Assembly: GCA_035516875.1 (NCBI GenBank)
Contig: DATIZW010000084.1
Span: 1-35,126 of the forward strand
Length of the DNA: 35,126 nucleotides
Source: Steroidobacteraceae bacterium
GTDB taxonomy: Bacteria; Pseudomonadota; Gammaproteobacteria; Steroidobacterales; Steroidobacteraceae
Reading direction: 5' to 3'
Under the pieces are notes generated by a model. The model was not told the DNA's origin, made no database searches, and saw only the letters and a list, made by a program, of their open reading frames with translations. Numbering within the stretch: position 1 is the stretch's first letter; every line of letters starts with the position of its first letter. This document shows, piece after piece, positions 34,191-35,126 of the stretch. The translations under genes and the position numbers were made by a program.

Positions 34191-34217
34191 TCGTTGACCT
34201 GGGTATCCCGGGTCTCT

Positions 34218-35126
34218 ATGATGAGAATGAGAATGGTTCGCATCCGCATTATGTGCATCTGGCACCACGCATCCGTGGCCCTGGCAGCTCTCATCGCGAC
34301 AAGCGTCGCCGCCTCGCTGGCGCACGCGCAAACGCCGGCGATGCAGCCCGCCCTGTCGGCCGACGCCGCCGTCAGCGAGAGCGGCCTGAGCACGGTGGTC
34401 ATCGAAGCCAGCTCCACCGCCGGACCGGCCGTCTCCCCGACCGGCGCGAACCAGTACGGGGCGAGCGCCGAGGACATCGCAGCCTCGCCTAAGGGCAAGA
34501 CCGCGCCCATTTCGGATGTGCTCGCGCAGATGCCCGGCGTCTCGATCGATCAGAACCAGCAGATCCACATCCGCAACACCGAGGGGCCGCAGTTCCAGTA
34601 CCAGGTGAACGGCGTGCTGATCCCGCTCGATATCAACACCAACCCGCCGTTCCTTTCGATGATCAACCCGACGTTCGTCAAGCGCCTCGATCTCCTCGAT
34701 GGCGTGCTGCCGGCGCGCTACAGCTACGCCACCGGCGGCGTCGTGAACATCGAGACCAAAGACGGCTGCCAGGATCCTTCCGCAAGCGCCGCGAGCCTGC
34801 GCGTCGGGCAGCGCGACACGATCGAGCCGAGCCTCGAGTACACGGGCTGCCACGACGGGCTGAGCGCTTACCTGAGCGCGCTCTACGAGCAGAGCAACAC
34901 CGCCTTCAGCTCGGCGACCGCGGGGCCGACACCCGTTCATGACTTCACCAGGCAGGGACAGGTGTTCGGGTTCTTCCGCTACCCTCTGAGCCCGACTGAC
35001 ACCCTGAGTCTTCTCATCTCGGGCGCGAAGAGCAGCAACGAGCTGCCGAACGTCCCGGGTCTCGCGCCGCAGTTCGACCTCGCGGGCGTCCCGGTGCCGC
35101 CCTCCTCCGCCGAGATCGACTCGTCT
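34218..35126 (+). CDS. TonB-dependent receptor (signal peptide and plug domain; 3' end lies outside the window)
   Basis: This ORF is not in the supplied track. Frame 3 is open from 34218 to the window end. Signal peptide ...VALAALIATSVAASLAHA/QT, TonB-box-like LSTVVIEAS, plug motifs VLAQMPGVSIDQNQQIHIRN and LPARYSYATGGVVNIETKDG. Start could be ATG 34218, 34233 or 34251. Confidence 0.8.
   Translation, partial: MMRMRMVRIRIMCIWHHASVALAALIATSVAASLAHAQTPAMQPALSADAAVSESGLSTVVIEASSTAGPAVSPTGANQYGASAEDIAASPKGKTAPISDVLAQMPGVSIDQNQQIHIRNTEGPQFQYQVNGVLIPLDINTNPPFLSMINPTFVKRLDLLDGVLPARYSYATGGVVNIETKDGCQDPSASAASLRVGQRDTIEPSLEYTGCHDGLSAYLSALYEQSNTAFSSATAGPTPVHDFTRQGQVFGFFRYPLSPTDTLSLLISGAKSSNELPNVPGLAPQFDLAGVPVPPSSAEIDSS

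Noticed and set aside
1-35126. Looked for CRISPR arrays, tandem or long direct repeats, IS elements, integrases, tRNA and rRNA genes, toxin-antitoxin pairs and other defence-system hallmarks.
   Set aside because: Nothing of the kind was seen by eye. All sizeable ORFs are accounted for by polysaccharide-related functions or the flanking genes. A computational repeat search could still find short repeats missed here.

Overview
GC-rich, proteobacterial-type chromosomal segment, densely coding. No tRNA or rRNA genes, CRISPR array, transposase or integrase is visible. Bases 611-33772 form one exopolysaccharide (EPS) biosynthesis and decoration locus of about 33 kb. It is bounded on the left by the 3' end of a NodT-family efflux outer-membrane factor gene (2-571). 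On the right it is bounded by a decayed ABC-ATPase gene remnant (33808-34190) and the 5' part of a TonB-dependent receptor gene (34218-35126). The locus encodes about 8 glycosyltransferases, a Wzx-like flippase, a Wzy/O-antigen-ligase-like membrane protein, and a split chain-length determinant plus tyrosine-kinase-like ATPase pair of the PEP-CTERM/exosortase-locus type. The tailoring set is unusually large: 1 sulfotransferase, 2 methyltransferases, 2 paralogous hexapeptide acetyltransferases, 2 membrane AT3 acyltransferases, 2 paralogous tandem-GNAT proteins, 3-4 CE4-type deacetylases and 2 asparagine-synthase-like proteins (one canonical, one without the Cys nucleophile). There is also a Tat-secreted beta-helix protein. 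The genes sit in 13 alternating-strand blocks. No exosortase, priming phosphoglycosyltransferase or Wza-like exporter lies in the window. Points worth a second look: the predicted sulfated, amidated, methylated and acylated polymer; a near-consensus sigma-54 promoter with upstream inverted repeats; a Wzy-like gene whose N-terminal helix lies upstream of any canonical start codon; the divergent GNAT pair with a CE4-like gene; and the pseudogene scar at the locus edge. All product calls come from reading motifs in the supplied translations. No database search was run.
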